From: Solirubrobacterales bacterium
Lineage (GTDB): Bacteria > Actinomycetota > Thermoleophilia > Solirubrobacterales > 70-9
Length of the DNA stretch: 50,633 nucleotides
Assembly: GCA_013821475.1 (NCBI GenBank)
Contig: JACDGU010000001.1
Coordinates: forward strand, 1 to 50,633
Reading direction: 5' to 3'
In this document: positions 50,176-50,633 of the stretch, in pieces
Position numbering within the stretch: position 1 is the stretch's first letter
How the letters are laid out: the number at the start of each line of letters is the position of its first letter
Translations under genes and position numbers: made by a program
Notes under the pieces: model-generated
Databases searched by the model: none
The model's input: the letters and a program-made list of their open reading frames with translations, nothing else
Told to the model about the DNA's origin: nothing

Positions 50176-50633
50176 ATGGCGCCGGGAATCGACGGCCTGC
50201 CCGCCGCCGAGCGCGACGTCGACGTCTCCGGCCCGGTCGCCGAGTTCCTGACCGCGGTCTCCCCCCGCGTCCTCACCCGCCTCAGGCTCGGCCTGCGGGC
50301 CTTCGAGTGGCTGCCGTTCCCGCGCCGCTTCAGCCGCCTCGACCCGGCGGCGCAGGAGGCCTTCCTGGTCAAGCTCGAGAGCTCTCGCCTCTCCTTCAAG
50401 CACGACCTGCTGCTGATGGCGAAGCTGTTCTCGACGCTCGGCTACGCGGTCGTGCCCGAGGTCGAGGCGCGGATCGGGTTCGAGATCTCCTGCCGCCTCG
50501 CCGACGGCTCGCTGCCCGAGCCCGCCGGCAGCCTCGGCGACACCGAACCGGCCGGCGAGGGCGAGGAGTGCGACGTCGTCATCGTCGGCTCTGGCGCCGG
50601 CGGCGCCGTCGCCGCGGCGACGCTGGCCGAGGC
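50176..50633 (+). CDS. GMC-family FAD oxidoreductase, N-terminal part; continues past the right edge
   Basis: The frame is open from 50116 to the window end and is not in the ORF track because it has no stop. It ends with the FAD-binding motif DVVIVGSGAGGAVAAATLAE. The first ATG is at 50176, but conserved-looking sequence (LSAAEQRTLGAICAAM) lies upstream of it, so the start is unresolved. Confidence 0.7.
   Translation, partial: MAPGIDGLPAAERDVDVSGPVAEFLTAVSPRVLTRLRLGLRAFEWLPFPRRFSRLDPAAQEAFLVKLESSRLSFKHDLLLMAKLFSTLGYAVVPEVEARIGFEISCRLADGSLPEPAGSLGDTEPAGEGEECDVVIVGSGAGGAVAAATLAE

Overview
Very GC-rich sequence with strong GC3 codon bias, typical of an Actinomycetota-type chromosome. The lineage is an inference from the 16S fragment and the protein families. 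The window is mostly core metabolism. It starts inside the 5' end of a 16S rRNA gene (minus strand) with its promoter and boxA leader. It then carries tyrS, a class A PBP, and a tightly overlapping ilvE / cimA-degT-argH-mpg string. The leu genes follow (leuA, leuCD, leuB), interrupted by an XRE-cupin regulator and a hairpin-bounded DUF559 gene. After these come a decayed MFS transporter, an RTX-repeat secreted protein, qor, serC-serA, and DUF4389 and cupin genes. The ilvBN...ilvC operon is split by a complete men block (menF, menD-C-A-B, menE). Next are a UDP-sulfoquinovose synthase homolog divergently paired with a two-GT-C plus GT2 membrane glycosylation module, a DUF1800/DUF1501/cupredoxin operon, ndh, gatCAB, and a membrane protein followed in-frame by a GMC oxidoreductase that runs off the right edge. 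I saw no CRISPR array, tRNA, transposase or integrase. The most interesting items are: (1) the sulfoquinovose-linked polyprenyl-phosphate/GT-C glycosylation cluster; (2) the DUF559 cassette bounded by hairpins, with a decayed second copy next to a duplicated menD 3' end; (3) a 19-codon leader ORF with five consecutive Leu codons upstream of leuA; (4) several long perfect or near-perfect inverted repeats in intergenic spacers. Many long ORFs in the six-frame track are antisense or off-frame shadows of real genes and were rejected.
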